DNA of 64,000 nt from contig CM052818.1 in assembly GCA_028534125.1 (NCBI GenBank), positions 39,992,001 to 40,056,000 on the forward strand, given 5' to 3'. Below the pieces are notes generated by a model. It had not been told where the DNA came from and did not search any database. It worked only from the letters and a program-made list of their open reading frames with translations. The stretch is from Lama glama (taxonomy: Eukaryota). Shown here piece by piece: positions 36,570 through 48,830 of this stretch (positions are counted from its first letter, which is position 1; every line of letters begins with the position of its first letter). The translations under genes were made by a program, and so were the position numbers.

Positions 36570-38580
36570 TCCTCCTTACAAATAAAAGCCCAGGACCGGA
36601 TGGCTTCACTGGGGAAACATACAAAGAAGAACTCATACCAGTCCTTCTCAAACTCTTCCAGAAGATTGAAAAGGAGGGAATACTCCCAAACTCATTCTAT
36701 GAAGCCACAATCACTTTGATACAAAAACCAGGCAAAGATATTACCAAAAAAGAGAATTATAGGCCAATATCACTGATGAACACAGATGCCAAAATCCTCA
36801 CCAAAATATTAGCAAATAGAATCCAACAGCACATAAAAAAGATTATATATCATGACCAAGTTATGCAAATCAATCAATGTAATACATCACATCAACAAGA
36901 GAAAGGACAAAAACCACGTGATCATCTCAATAGATGTAGAAAAAGCATTTGATAAAATTCAACACCCATTTATGATAAAAACTCTCACCAAAGTGGGTAT
37001 AGAGGGAACGTATCTCAGCATAATAAAAGCTATATATGACAAACCTACAGCCAGCATAGTACTCAACAGTGAAAAACTCAAAAGCTTCCCACTAGAATCT
37101 GGAACAAGAGAAGGATGCCCACTATCACCACTCCTATTCAACATAGTCTTGGAAGTCCTAGACAAGCAATCAGGCAAGAGACAGAAATAAAAGGGATCCA
37201 AATTGGAAAAGAAGAGGTAAAAGTGTCACTATATGCTGACGACATGTTACTATATATAGAAAACCCTNNNNNNNNNNNNNNNNNNNNNNNNNNNNNNNNN
37301 NNNNNNNNNNNNNNNNNNNNNNNNNNNNNNNNNNNNNNNNNNNNNNNNNNNNNNNNNNNNNNNNNNNNNNNNNNNNNNNNNNNNNNNNNNNNNNNNNNNN
37401 NNNNNNNNNNNNNNNNNNNNNNNNNNNNNNNNNNNNNNNNNNNNNNNNNNNNNNNNNNNNNNNNNNNNNNNNNNNNNNNNNNNNNNNNNNNNNNNNNNNN
37501 NNNNNNNNNNNNNNNNNNNNNNNNNNNNNNNNNNNNNNNNNNNNNNNNNNNNNNNNNNNNNNNNNNNNNNNNNNNNNNNNNNNNNNNNNNNNNNNNNNNN
37601 NNNNNNNNNNNNNNNNNNNNNNNNNNNNNNNNNNNNNNNNNNNNNNNNNNNNNNNNNNNNNNNNNNNNNNNNNNNNNNNNNNNNNNNNNNNNNNNNNNNN
37701 NNNNNNNNNNNNNNNNNNNNNNNNNNNNNNNNNNNNNNNNNNNNNNNNNNNNNNNNNNNNNNNNNNNACCTCATACCAGTCAGAATGGCCATCATTCAAA
37801 AATCCACAAATGACAAATGCTGGAGAGGCTGTGGAGAAAGGGGAACCCTCCTACACTGCTGGTAGGAATGCAGTTTGGTGCAGCCACTGTGGAAAACAGT
37901 ATGGAGATTCCTCAAAAGACTAGGAATAGACTTACCATATGACCCAAGAATCCTGCTCCTGGGCATGTAACCAGAAGGAACCCTACTTCAGGATGACACC
38001 TGCACCCCAATGTTCATAGCAGCACTATTTACAATAGCCAAGACATGGAGACAGCCTAAATGTCCATCAGCGGATGACTGGATAAAGAAGAGGTGGTATA
38101 TTTATACAATGGAATACTATTCAGCCATAAATACAGACAACATAATGCCATTTGCAGCAACATGGATGCTCCTGGAGAATGTCACTGTAAGTGAAGTAAG
38201 ACAGAAAGAGAAAGAAAATACCATATGAGATCGCTCATATGTGGAATCTGAAAAAAACAAAAACAAACAAGCAAACAAAACAAACAAAACATAAATACAA
38301 AATGGAAACAGACTCATAGACAATAGAATACAAACTTGTGGTTGCCAAGGGGCCAGGGGGTGGGAAGGGATAGACTGGGATTTCAAAATGTAGAATAGAT
38401 AAATAAGATTATACTGTATAGCACAGGGAAATATACACAAGATCTTATGGCAGCTCATAGAGAAAAAAAATGTGACAATGAATATATATATGTTCATGTA
38501 AAATTGAAAAATTGTGCTCTACACTGGAATTTGACACAACATTGTAAAATTATTGTAAATCAGTAAATAATGTTAAAAAA
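36570..38580 (+). mobile_element. Relatively young 5'-truncated L1: disabled ORF2 reverse transcriptase and C-terminal CCHC region, plus 3'UTR
   Basis: Peptides [52 protein letters not shown] (37232-37243), [15 protein letters not shown]; frameshifting deletions and stops; 3'UTR ...gggtgggaagggatagactgggatttcaaaatg...aatgttaaaaaa. Confidence 0.97.
37268..37767. other. Assembly gap (exactly 500 N)
   Basis: Direct reading. Confidence 0.99.
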
Positions 38581-38589
38581 GTTACTTAT

Positions 38590-39010
38590 TTAATGAAATG
38601 ATAAAATCACATACAACTACATACAATATCTATAAACATAAATAATAATATGTATTAATATAGTGTATAAAACATGACATGTGATATAGGGCATATGCAT
38701 GAGACAGACTCATACTACATAATAAAAATCATAATATAATAATATATATAATATAATATGTAAAATAATATAATGCATAATATATGTGATATATAGTGGT
38801 TATATAAAATACATACTATATAATATGTGGCAATTATATCTCAAATAAGCATATATATTTATAAAATCATCATACAATTTGATAGAGGGTTAATAATTAT
38901 TTTAATAAGTAGATACTTAAAGGGTAGTATATGATATCATTATCTAATATAACTATGAATGAATTAGATTATTAAATAATAAGATTAATACATGATTAAT
39001 AAATTGGAAG
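38590..39010. repeat. AT-rich low-complexity tract (degenerate TA/ATA); similar tract at 36400-36565
   Basis: ataatataataatatatataatataatatg etc. Confidence 0.85.
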
Positions 39011-39039
39011 AGCCATAGTCTATTTATAGTGCCTCCAGC

Positions 39040-39250
39040 TATGGCAAATTAATATGTATGGCCGGCCATATTCTAGAACCAGTGCTAGGCATTTACATGA
39101 CCTCTGCTAAACCTTACAACAAACCGGCAAGGTACATTCTATTAGTGAAAAATAAATTGAGGCTTAGATGAGTTAAATGTTGTGTTTTGTTTTATCTTCA
39201 GAGACACAGAACTAGTAAGAGTCCAATGTAACCCTGATTTTTGTCTGATT
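39040..39250 (-). mobile_element. MIR SINE
   Basis: agtgctaggcatttacatg...ccttacaacaaaccggcaagg...aaattgaggcttagatgagttaaat. Confidence 0.65.
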
Positions 39251-41682
39251 GCAAATGATGTGGTCTCTGTACTCTCCCAGTTTATATGAGTAGGTGGAGA
39301 AGACAAAGTAATAGAACAAAGAAAGGAGAAAAACATTGTATCTCAATGTTTGCTCAGTCCTTGTAGTCGAGCACAGTATGGCATAAACAAGGTTCACTGA
39401 TACAATAGGAAGGCAAAAGAAGCGGACCCTGGCACCAATCCAGCCATTCCCTTAGCAACCGGCTTATTCACACGCTGCCTGCCAGGGTACTGGGGAGGAG
39501 GGAAGGATGTGGTGTGGCAGCTCACGGCCGGTGTCCTGTTGCTGGCACGTGCAGGCTGGTTGCCAGGCCCCTACCTCCCAGTGTGACACCTTTGTGAACA
39601 GACACTGCACACTTAATGGCACACCCTTGGACTCCCTCTACTTTTCCTGCTTCTGGGATTGCAGCCTACATACTTGGCATTGGAAAGACTGGCAGCTTCA
39701 AGACAGATTGGGAGGATGTCCCAGATGGCACTGAATCAACAGTGCCAACAGGAGGGAAAAACACATGTGAGTCCAGGGAGATTTCTTAACTATTTACCAA
39801 ATAGGGGGAATTGTTTATTTTCTCTGTATCTCCCAAGGAGTCCATTTATGAGCTCCATTTACGACTTCAAACAGGCACGTTGGAAGAAATATGGCAGAGA
39901 AGATAAGAAGATGACTAATTAATGGTCTTGCAACAGGTTTCAACACCCAGATCTACAACTACTTATATTTTTTTCATAACCACGAACATTTATTTTCAAA
40001 TACAAACATGCTTTTAAGTATTTTTGTTAATACAGCTAATAGTTTTACCTTGTTCTTGGCATGATTTCCTCTTCTTGATAGGGTTATAAATAGGGTATTC
40101 CACTTGGCAAAGATCTTGCCCGTGACATTGAAGAGATGGTTCTATACTTACTATAGCAAAACAGCACATAGTTGGCATATTTTCCTCCAAACTCTCCTAA
40201 CATTTACACTGCCATCTGCATACTTTTCAGCTGACTTCACTCTGAAAATTGCCTGTTCCTCTGATACATACCAGAGACTTGGCTACTTGGACATTGGGAA
40301 AAAAAAAAAAAAACAGAACATGAGCGAGCATTCTTCCCATTTCTGCTCCCAGGCATTTAATACTTTCAATAGTACCATCATTTGTAGGAATGATTTAAGG
40401 TGGCTTCCTTTAAGGTCAATTTTAAGATCTTAGGATTCTGTGACTGGAGGAACAATTCTAGCATTAACTAACACAATGCTGTTGATAACTGCACTGTTTT
40501 CCTTAGTTTATGTAGTCAATTGCCTGAATTCAAGCAAAGGCATGGAAAAAGACATGATTGCATATCATGGCTTTTTTTTTAATTTGGTAAGAAAACTCAA
40601 ACAATAAAATTGTAATTGAGGATTCAGAGCTAAAACCTTTGCAAAAGTTCTGCTGCCAATATTTCAAAGAAACATACAATTTGGATGAAATTAAGATGCT
40701 AGAAAACAGTATCTCTGGAGGTTTCAAGATTTTCATTGTCATGAGCAAAGAACACATTTAAGTACAAATCTCAAGTTCCATCTCCAAGATACTCCAGTAG
40801 CTGTTAAGCTGATCTTCACTTTCCTTTTAGGTCTAAAAACATAAGGAAAAGATTTTGGCAATTTTGGCAAGAGGTTATTTATGAATTTATGCTTCCAAAG
40901 TGAGACTTTTGGGGATTCAGAATGCCAATAGCCCTTGTCTGGAGACCTGGAAAAGCCCACTCCATCTGCATCAGGCGTGGTTAGCCAAGGTGCCATCTGA
41001 ATGAATATTAAGAAAAAACTAACCGGTGTGCCCATCCTTCTTTCTGAAAGCCTGTGTATTTTTCTCAGATTCTTGGGTAGTAGAAGAGAGGCCAGGTCAT
41101 GGAATAAACATTGGCTCATAACCCAGTTTGCACGGAGGGCTATTCAGTGCCCAGTCATCCCCAAGAGAACCACACATGAGAATTCACCGCACAGAAATAT
41201 TTAAGACATATTTGAGAAGGCACCCAAATGGTGAATTCATCTGCAGGTAAAAAAAAAAAAAAAGTTGGCGGTTGAGCTTGAGGTGCCGGGTGTGAGATGT
41301 TCACTGTCATTGCTGCTGTTGTTTTATTCTTTTCTTCTGTGCAAAGTATTGTAGGAAAACCATTTACCAACTTGGGCACCAGTGTCTAGTTGTGATTTTG
41401 ATAGCATGATCATAAATCTTTGGGGGATCAATTTCTTACAGTCTAGAGGACCCCAATTTTCTGTTTTTGTTTTAATAACCCTTTCAGCCTTAGAAGGAGG
41501 AGTGGGCACTGGCTAGTTTTACAGAATATCATATTCATAATTTAAGAAACTGATAAAGCTGAAACAAGAATGTCATTTCTTACGGGTTTAAAAGAATACA
41601 GATTATGTGTCTGACAAACCATGTTGGAGTTTTCAAATTCTAAGTGCTTTAGAGATAGAGAAAGATTTGGGTGAAATAAACA

Positions 41683-41736
41683 AACACACACACATACACA
41701 TGCACGCGCGCACTCACACACACACACACATGCACA
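41683..41736. repeat. Imperfect (CA)n/(CG)n alternating purine-pyrimidine tract
   Basis: acacacacacatacacatgcacgcgcgcactcacacacacacacatgcaca. Confidence 0.9.
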
Positions 41737-42257
41737 AGACGATGCATTTTTAATGGTTTACCTGGTTATATATGTTGTGTTTAAATGACTGAATATCAAT
41801 GACCTCCACTCCTATCACTTCCATCCAGTTTAGGCAATGGATATTTTAATTTAACTGTGACATATAAACACATAACTGGTTGAATTTGACAAAAAAAGTC
41901 ACATGCACAACGTTTTGTGGAAGACACGGTGCTGACTACTAGCTATTGATTAAGAGATGAAAGAATGGACATCATTTTGACATTGGAGGAGTGCATAAAT
42001 CTGGTGAAGAACAAACCTTTATGACATGAATGAGTGCAAGCAGTTGCATTTTGAATCCTGTGGTTCACAGATGCAACGATTATAACCTGGCATCTCCTAT
42101 GATCCCAACTTCCAATTCTTCCACCTCATTTTTCTTATCTCAGCCTCCCCACATTCTCTCAGTCCATCTTTCTCTTACAGTCAGCAAGCACTTGTTTTCC
42201 CTGGATAAACCTAAAATTCTGTGACAGCCTCAGTCTACCATCCAAGGCGCCTGGAAT

Positions 42258-42458
42258 TGCTCTGTCTGAAATGGTAGGCTCTAGTCACATGTGGCTTTTA
42301 CATTAAAATTAAAATTAAATCAAACCAAATGTCCAGTGTCTTGGTCACAGCAACCACTTTTCAAGTCCTAATAGATACATGTGGTCCATGGCTACTGTGT
42401 CAGACAATGCTGATTCTAAAATATTTCCATCATCTCAGAAAGTTTTATCAGACAGAAC
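42258..42458 (-). mobile_element. MER3-like hAT-Charlie element
   Basis: ctagtcacatgtggct...ttttcaagtcctaatagatacatgtggtccatggctac...atttccatcatctcagaaagttttat (reverse of MER3). Confidence 0.8.
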
Positions 42459-43049
42459 TCCCCTAGAACCTGGTTAAAAGCCTGTTTTCCAGCCTCTCTG
42501 CCCTGTGGTCCTCCTCAGGCAAGCAATCCTCCAATAACTTGAATATGCATTGCTTTCTGCAAATGCCCTGAGCTTTGCCAATTTTGTCTTTGCTATTCCA
42601 AAGCTTGGGGTGCTCTTTTGGACTCTTGCTGTCTTTCAGGACCTGGAAGAAAGGCATATTTGTCCTAAGAAACCCTTTCTGATCTTCCCAGTTAGAGTTC
42701 TGCCTCCTCTGAAACCCCAGATCATATATGATAGCTCACTCGTGGCTACTTCATTGTGCTTCAGACTATAATTGCCACGGATGCTTTGAGCATCCCTACC
42801 AGGGTATCCATTTTTTTAACAGCAGAAGAGGTGTGTGGGTCCTTGTTTTATATTTGATGCCCTCTGGTTTTTGTCGTGTATGTGTTTTATTTTTACTTAA
42901 AATGTGAAGAGAAAAGATAAATGTGGTGACAAAGTCTGAAGGAAGAAGGGAAGAAACATGGCTGTGTTACCCATATGGAAATATGTTACTAGTATGAAAG
43001 AAGAAGAATGGGGCTGCTGCCCTATAGATACTAGAAAAAAAAAGTCCTA

Positions 43050-43220
43050 TAATTAAAATCTGATTCTGCCACTTAGCCTGATGGGTCTGAGTGGAATAAT
43101 TATCCTCATTAAATCTCAGGTTTTTTTTTTCTTTTTCCATCTACAGAATAGGAATAGTAATGTTTAGCACACAGGTTATTGAGTATCACTTGAGACTTAA
43201 TATATGCCAAAGTGCCTTTT
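43050..43220 (+). mobile_element. MIR SINE
   Basis: aatctgattctgccacttagc...ctcaggttt...catctacagaataggaatagtaat. Confidence 0.65.
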
Positions 43221-44134
43221 AAAGAAAAAGAAGGAGAAGTCATACAGATGTGAGGTGTTATGCTTACAGCAAGCTTCCAGAAAAGGAGGGTGTGGAACAG
43301 GGAGGAACACATGTTGCCCTGGCCCCTTCACAAACCTGCTTTACTTTGACAAAGCCCGGTTGACTGATAAGGTTCCAGTAGAGTCTTTGTGAGTTATCCA
43401 CAGGGTTCTCTTTCTATCTCGCAGAAATATTTCTATGTCTATCAGTATCTATAATTGTTTTCTATTCCACTCTCCTTGGGGTGCAGTTATGACTTTTTTG
43501 TTTACTTTTCAGGCATTCTTTCTCCCTTTGAAGAAATCCACAAAAGAAAGAGCAAAATGCTGACAAGTTTTCAAAGCCGTGATTTACAGGAATGATTTCC
43601 GAAAAGCAAGCGGACATGCGAGTTCATCATCAAATAATATTTCTAAAGCACCCTCTAGTGCCTGGCCCCAAGCCAGATGATTCAATGCCTGGAGAGGCTG
43701 CAAACTGTTTTTAAAGGAAAATGGACTCTCATGTTGGCTCCTGAGAAAAAAGTCTGCACCATTTAGGATTCCTCAGGACTCTCTCTAAATAAGTATTAGG
43801 AATGGATTGCTTTAGAAAAAAAAATCAATGCAATTAGAAACCATAATACTATTAAATGTAACTCAAATCCCAGTTTGAAATAGATATTAAGACTTAAAAG
43901 AACAGTCAAAAATTACACCTGGAATCTGAAGAATTTGAAATCTAAGCGAATCACAGGGCAGGAAAATCTGCTCTGTAAGTGAAAAAGTTTTGAGCCTGAG
44001 AAAAGGTAAAAATTGCATGAATACATAGGTGTCATGTAGTAGGAATGCTAGACCCACCTGTCATCTGATTTTGCTGTGACTGGTACCAGCGGACAGTGTT
44101 CACCCAGCAGATTCTCCAGTGGTGTAGTGGAACA

Positions 44135-44350
44135 ACTACTGCAGTATGTAGAACCAGAAGACTCATGGTCTAGGGTCAACTCTACTACATACTTAGCTAT
44201 TTGGAACATGTCACTTAAAATTAATGACCCTAATTTCTTCACTTGTAAAATAATGATAATTCTGCCAACTTTGTGGAATGGTTTAGACTTTAGAGATTAA
44301 GTAAGATACAATGGACCAGTTCCTTGAACGCAGTACTTGCCCACAAACTG
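44135..44350 (+). mobile_element. MIR SINE
   Basis: ctctactacatacttagctatttgg...taatttcttcacttgtaaaataatgataattctgcc. Confidence 0.65.
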
Positions 44351-45559
44351 TCAAAGCTTTTTCTACTTGTCTGATCGATTTGGTATTCAGTAGTTTTATG
44401 ATATGTGTTCAGTATGACTCTTGCACATGTCTCCTCAAAGGAAGTTTCACTCTCCTCCCTCATCATTCCCATGTCTCTGAAAACAGGATCACATTTTATA
44501 TTCTCATATTGAAGTAGCAGAGTCAGTTCCTGCATAGGCTAGTTGACTTTAAAGATAAATGCCTAATTATTGATTGAATGATTGATTGATCAATTCATTC
44601 ATTCATTTCACTCTCAACTTGTAAATATAGACTGGCCCCTTCACTAACTGGGGCCTTATTAACAAGATGGATTAGATGCTTTCATCATATGCAAAAGATC
44701 TTTGTAGGCACGGGAATAAAGAATACTGAGTCATTTTAAGAAGTCACTTTGAAAATGACTTTTGAACATAGAAGAACTGGGCTTGTTCAAGCAAATTATA
44801 TTTCAAAGTTTTATTTGCAAGGTTATTTATTACTGTGTGGAATCTCACTCCTGTGGCTAGGGTCAAGGAAAATGGGGACACAGGTGTCTGCCTATTTGCA
44901 CAGGCATTAAAGAGTGTTGTAAAATGAGCTTCAGCCTTTTAAGTTACTGTCTTTTCCTTTATAATAATAATCTCTTCAATTTTACAAGGTCTATATTATT
45001 TTTAGGTAAGAAAACACTGTAGAGTTCATGTTTTATTGTTCCTTGCAGTTATATAAATTATGTTTGGCCAAAACAAATGTAATTCCTACTGTGTGAACTG
45101 GGAACCCGAAATGTTGATTTTCCTCAAGTTATAAACAATGTGAAGATATGTTATACTGGGTCACAATTTTCCAGAGCAGAGCAAAATATATAACTCAGTT
45201 TTAATAACAAAACTGCATATATCATTAAAGTTTCCTACTCCACACAGAATGTATTATATTACTCTGCCCAGCAAGAGACATCCTTTGTGTAGACCACAAT
45301 TTCTAAAATACCATTTGATTGAATGGAAAACATTTTAGCCATTTGTTAGTTTAAAAAAAAATGTAATAGTTAAATGCTCATGGAAATTCTGCTTTGTCTT
45401 TGCTGGGTAAATATTACATTTCTTCTCACTAAATTTGAATGCCATGGATTTTGTAAACAACAAGGTCTAGGGGACAACTATTATGAGCCTTTTCCCACTA
45501 TTAGATGAGTCTTCACATTTTTAGCATCTTAGAAGCAGATGTCTGCTTCTTGGTCACAC

Positions 45560-45745
45560 CAATGAACCTTATTTATACATGTATTACATCAACTTGAAGC
45601 TGCATTGTAATTATTTACTTATAAGCGTGCCTGTCCAAATTGACTTGTAACTCAACAGGCCAGGGTCCTGACTGCATTATTCTCTATTCTTGGCTCCTGG
45701 TCCAATGCCTTCTAGAGTTGGGGCACTAAAAATGTTAAATGAAGT
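45560..45745 (+). mobile_element. L2 3' fragment
   Basis: cattgtaattatttact...gacttgtaactcaacaggccaggg...ggcactaaaaatgttaaatgaa. Confidence 0.55.
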
Positions 45746-46099
45746 AGAAATGCTGGAAAAACTACCACCAAATCATCAATTTACCCACCTACCTCTTCTT
45801 CTCAGAAAAATTCCAAAATTGGGGAGATTTATAAATGCAACTACTTTTACAACACTGAAGAAAATGAGGAAAGATTATTTCCTTCATTTAAAAAGAGTCA
45901 CAGATGGGATTAGCTAGTCTAGCCTTCTTATTTCACAAATGGGGATTTGGGGGCCTGGAAAAAGAAAGCTTTTTTTGCTCTTGTTAATGTCACAAAACCG
46001 GAGGCCAAACTGATCCTAATTGTGTTCATAGTGTTTTGTTTGTTTGATACAAAAATAATACATGTTAATTCTAAACATTTTGCAAGTTCAAAAATATAT

Positions 46100-46888
46100 A
46101 AAAGAGCCAGCAATTCTATGAAAAGATATTCCACATCAGAACTTGTAAGAGAAATGCAAGTCAAAACCACAATGAACCACCACCTCACATCCATCAGGAT
46201 GGCTAATAAAAAAAGAAATGAAAATAACAAGTGTTGGCAAAGATGTGGAAAAATTGGAACCTGTGTGCATTGTTGGTGGGATGAAAATACTATGGCAAAC
46301 AGTATGCTGGTTCCTTAAAAAATTAAAAATAGAACTACCGTATGATCCATCAATCCCACTTCTGGGTATATATTCAGAAGAATTGAAAGCAGAGTCTTGA
46401 AGAGATATTTGAACACCTATGTTCATGGAAGCATTATTCACGATGTCAATAAGTGGAAGCAGCCCAGAAGTCCATTGAAAGAAGGACAAATAAAACATCA
46501 TATATACATACAATGGAATCATATTCAACCTTAAAGGAAAGAAATTCTGTCACATGTTACAACATGGATCAACCTTGAGGACACTATGTAAGTTAAATGT
46601 CAGTCACAAAGAGACAAATACTGTATGACTCCACTTATATGAGGTATCTAAAACAGTCAAGTTCATCAAACAAAGTAGAATACTGGCTCCCAGAGGCTTG
46701 GGGGAGAGGGAAATGAGGAGATGTTGTTAAATGGGTAGAGTTTCGGTTTTGCAAAATGAGCTGGTTCTGGTGATCTATTGCACAACAATGTGAATGTACT
46801 TAACACTACTGAACTGTACACTTAAATATGCTTAAGATGGTAAATTTGACGTTATATGTCTTTTGTCACAATTAAAAATTAAAAATAC
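46100..46888 (+). mobile_element. 5'-truncated L1MB-like element (ORF2 3' end plus 3'UTR)
   Basis: gaaatgcaagtcaaaaccacaatg...aaaaattaaaaatagaactaccgtatgatcca...gacaaatactgtatgactccacttatatgagg...tgaactgtacacttaaa...cacaattaaaaattaaaa. Confidence 0.93.
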
Positions 46889-46949
46889 CTAAATGAACAG
46901 AATTTCTAAATACACACGGCAGCATAAGAGATGTGAAGGTTAACACATT

Positions 46950-48575
46950 TAGTTGTCTTATCCTGTAGTGTTTATATATTTGAAATAGCATTGTCTAAAC
47001 GATATGGCACCTTTTCATTTTTGTTATAACGAAAGTATTTTGTTATAACGGAAGTATTTCTAAAACTCTCTAAATACTATTTGAAAGGCTGAATAATATC
47101 CCTTTATATGAATAAACCACAATTTACTTAATAATAGCACCCATTCATATTCTTCTCATGTCTATAAATAATGTTTTATTTTCTATTTTTGTACATTCTT
47201 TGTTGTCTACATGTCTGATTCTTCCCTTTGAATAGAGTCTCAGAACTAAAATTAGTAGAATGGACATTTAAAAATATTTGCTACATTTTGTTTAGTGTTG
47301 CTCCAATATCTTCATAGAAACAGAACATGCGTGCCTCTAATTTATCATTCCCTCATCTGCACAGAGTCTTCTCATTTTTGCCTCTTATTCATTATTATTA
47401 TTGTTATTATTATTATTTTGATATGAAAGGAAGGAAACAGGATTATTTGTTAACCTACATTTCCTTGCTTGTTAGTAAAACTGACACAATTAAAAATACT
47501 TTTCAGTCATTTGTATTTTTTTCTGTGAATTACATTTTTACATTCTAAGATAATTGAATGAGATCTTTATTTATAAAGAAATTTAATTATTTGTCTGTCA
47601 CATTTGATTGCAAATATTTTTCCTGGTTGTACATTTATTTTAAATTCTGTGTTCTAAGTACACAATTATTAATATGTAGGGGAACCTATTTAACTCACTT
47701 TCTTGTAAATTTTTATAGTTTGATCATACTGACAAAGCAAACTCTAGTTATAACTCTTTAAGTGCCTGTGACTGCCAGGTCTTGCCTTTACTGTTCCCAT
47801 TAATTTAATCCATACAACAACCTTATGAGGCAGGCGCTATTATTATGACCATTTTACAGAGAATCTAATTGAGGCATAGGAAAGTTACACGATTTGCCCA
47901 TGGTCACTCAGCAGTAAGTTGATGGAACAATGTTTTGACCTCAGACCACGTATCTTCAGAACCCTGGGGCTCTCTGTTGCCTCTAAAGATCACTAAGCTG
48001 CCTCAAAATCTTTATAGAATGAATCTGTCCCCTTTAAAAAAAATTAAAGTTGCCTTTCTGTTTCTAATATATTTTTAATATTTGTTATAAATATTTTTGG
48101 TTTTGCAATTTTTTTTGCTGGTTTACAATGGCTTTTAAGTTTTTCTCATATTTTCTTATTGATTATTTTTAGTGTCTAAACACTTTATTGAACTCTTACA
48201 ATATTAAGAGGTGTCCTTTATTTTTCTTGGGTTTTCTAGACTTCAAATTATGTCTCATGAAAATAATAATTATTTCTACTTCTGTTCCATATCTTATAGT
48301 ACTAGCCACAAGTTCTTTAATCATTAGATTAATAAGAGAGCAGAACATGTATATGTGTTTTGCTCCTAAAGATAACAGAAAATACCTGGGTTTTCACTAT
48401 TAGGGGTAGTGATGGCTATCAGGTTAGGAAAATATTATTTATTCTGGTTTACATATTTATTATGTCTAAGATTTTCTGAAATTCAAAAAAAGATTAATTT
48501 CATTCAAAATCTTTTGGGATTTGTTGAAATGATAATATATGATTCCCCCCCATTTATCTTAAATTAAAAAAAGGC
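46950..48575 (-). mobile_element. Very old L1ME-like antisense fragment(s), interrupted by a MIR
   Basis: ggctgaataatatccctttatatgaataaaccacaatttactt...; tgattgcaaatattttttcc; T-rich degenerate L1 antisense pattern. Confidence 0.55.
47755..47985 (-). mobile_element. MIR SINE
   Basis: atttaatccatacaacaaccttatgagg...ccattttacagagaatctaattgaggcatagg...ttgcccatggtcactcagc. Confidence 0.85.
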
Positions 48576-48629
48576 AATCATAAGTACATTTCCTGGACAT
48601 TATCATATTCTAATCACCATTTAAAACAA

Positions 48630-48830
48630 TTCACATTCAATTTCATACTTTATCTTCACAAAAAGCCTACAAGATAGGCATTGGAATTTTTTTTTCCACT
48701 CACAGACAAGGAAACAGAAGTATAGAGTGGTCAGTCATTTGCACAAGGTCATTTAACTAGTTAGTGGCAGATCTGAGATTTAAGCACAATATGATCTGCC
48801 TCTAAAGCCAATGTTCTTAATCACTCAGAG
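48630..48830 (-). mobile_element. MIR SINE
   Basis: cagacaaggaaacagaagtatagagtgg...ttgcacaaggtc...agttagtggcagatctgagattt. Confidence 0.8.

Noticed and set aside
37115..37813. ORFs of 181-232 aa in the track
   Set aside because: Artefacts of translating through the 500-N gap; the real part is disabled L1 ORF2
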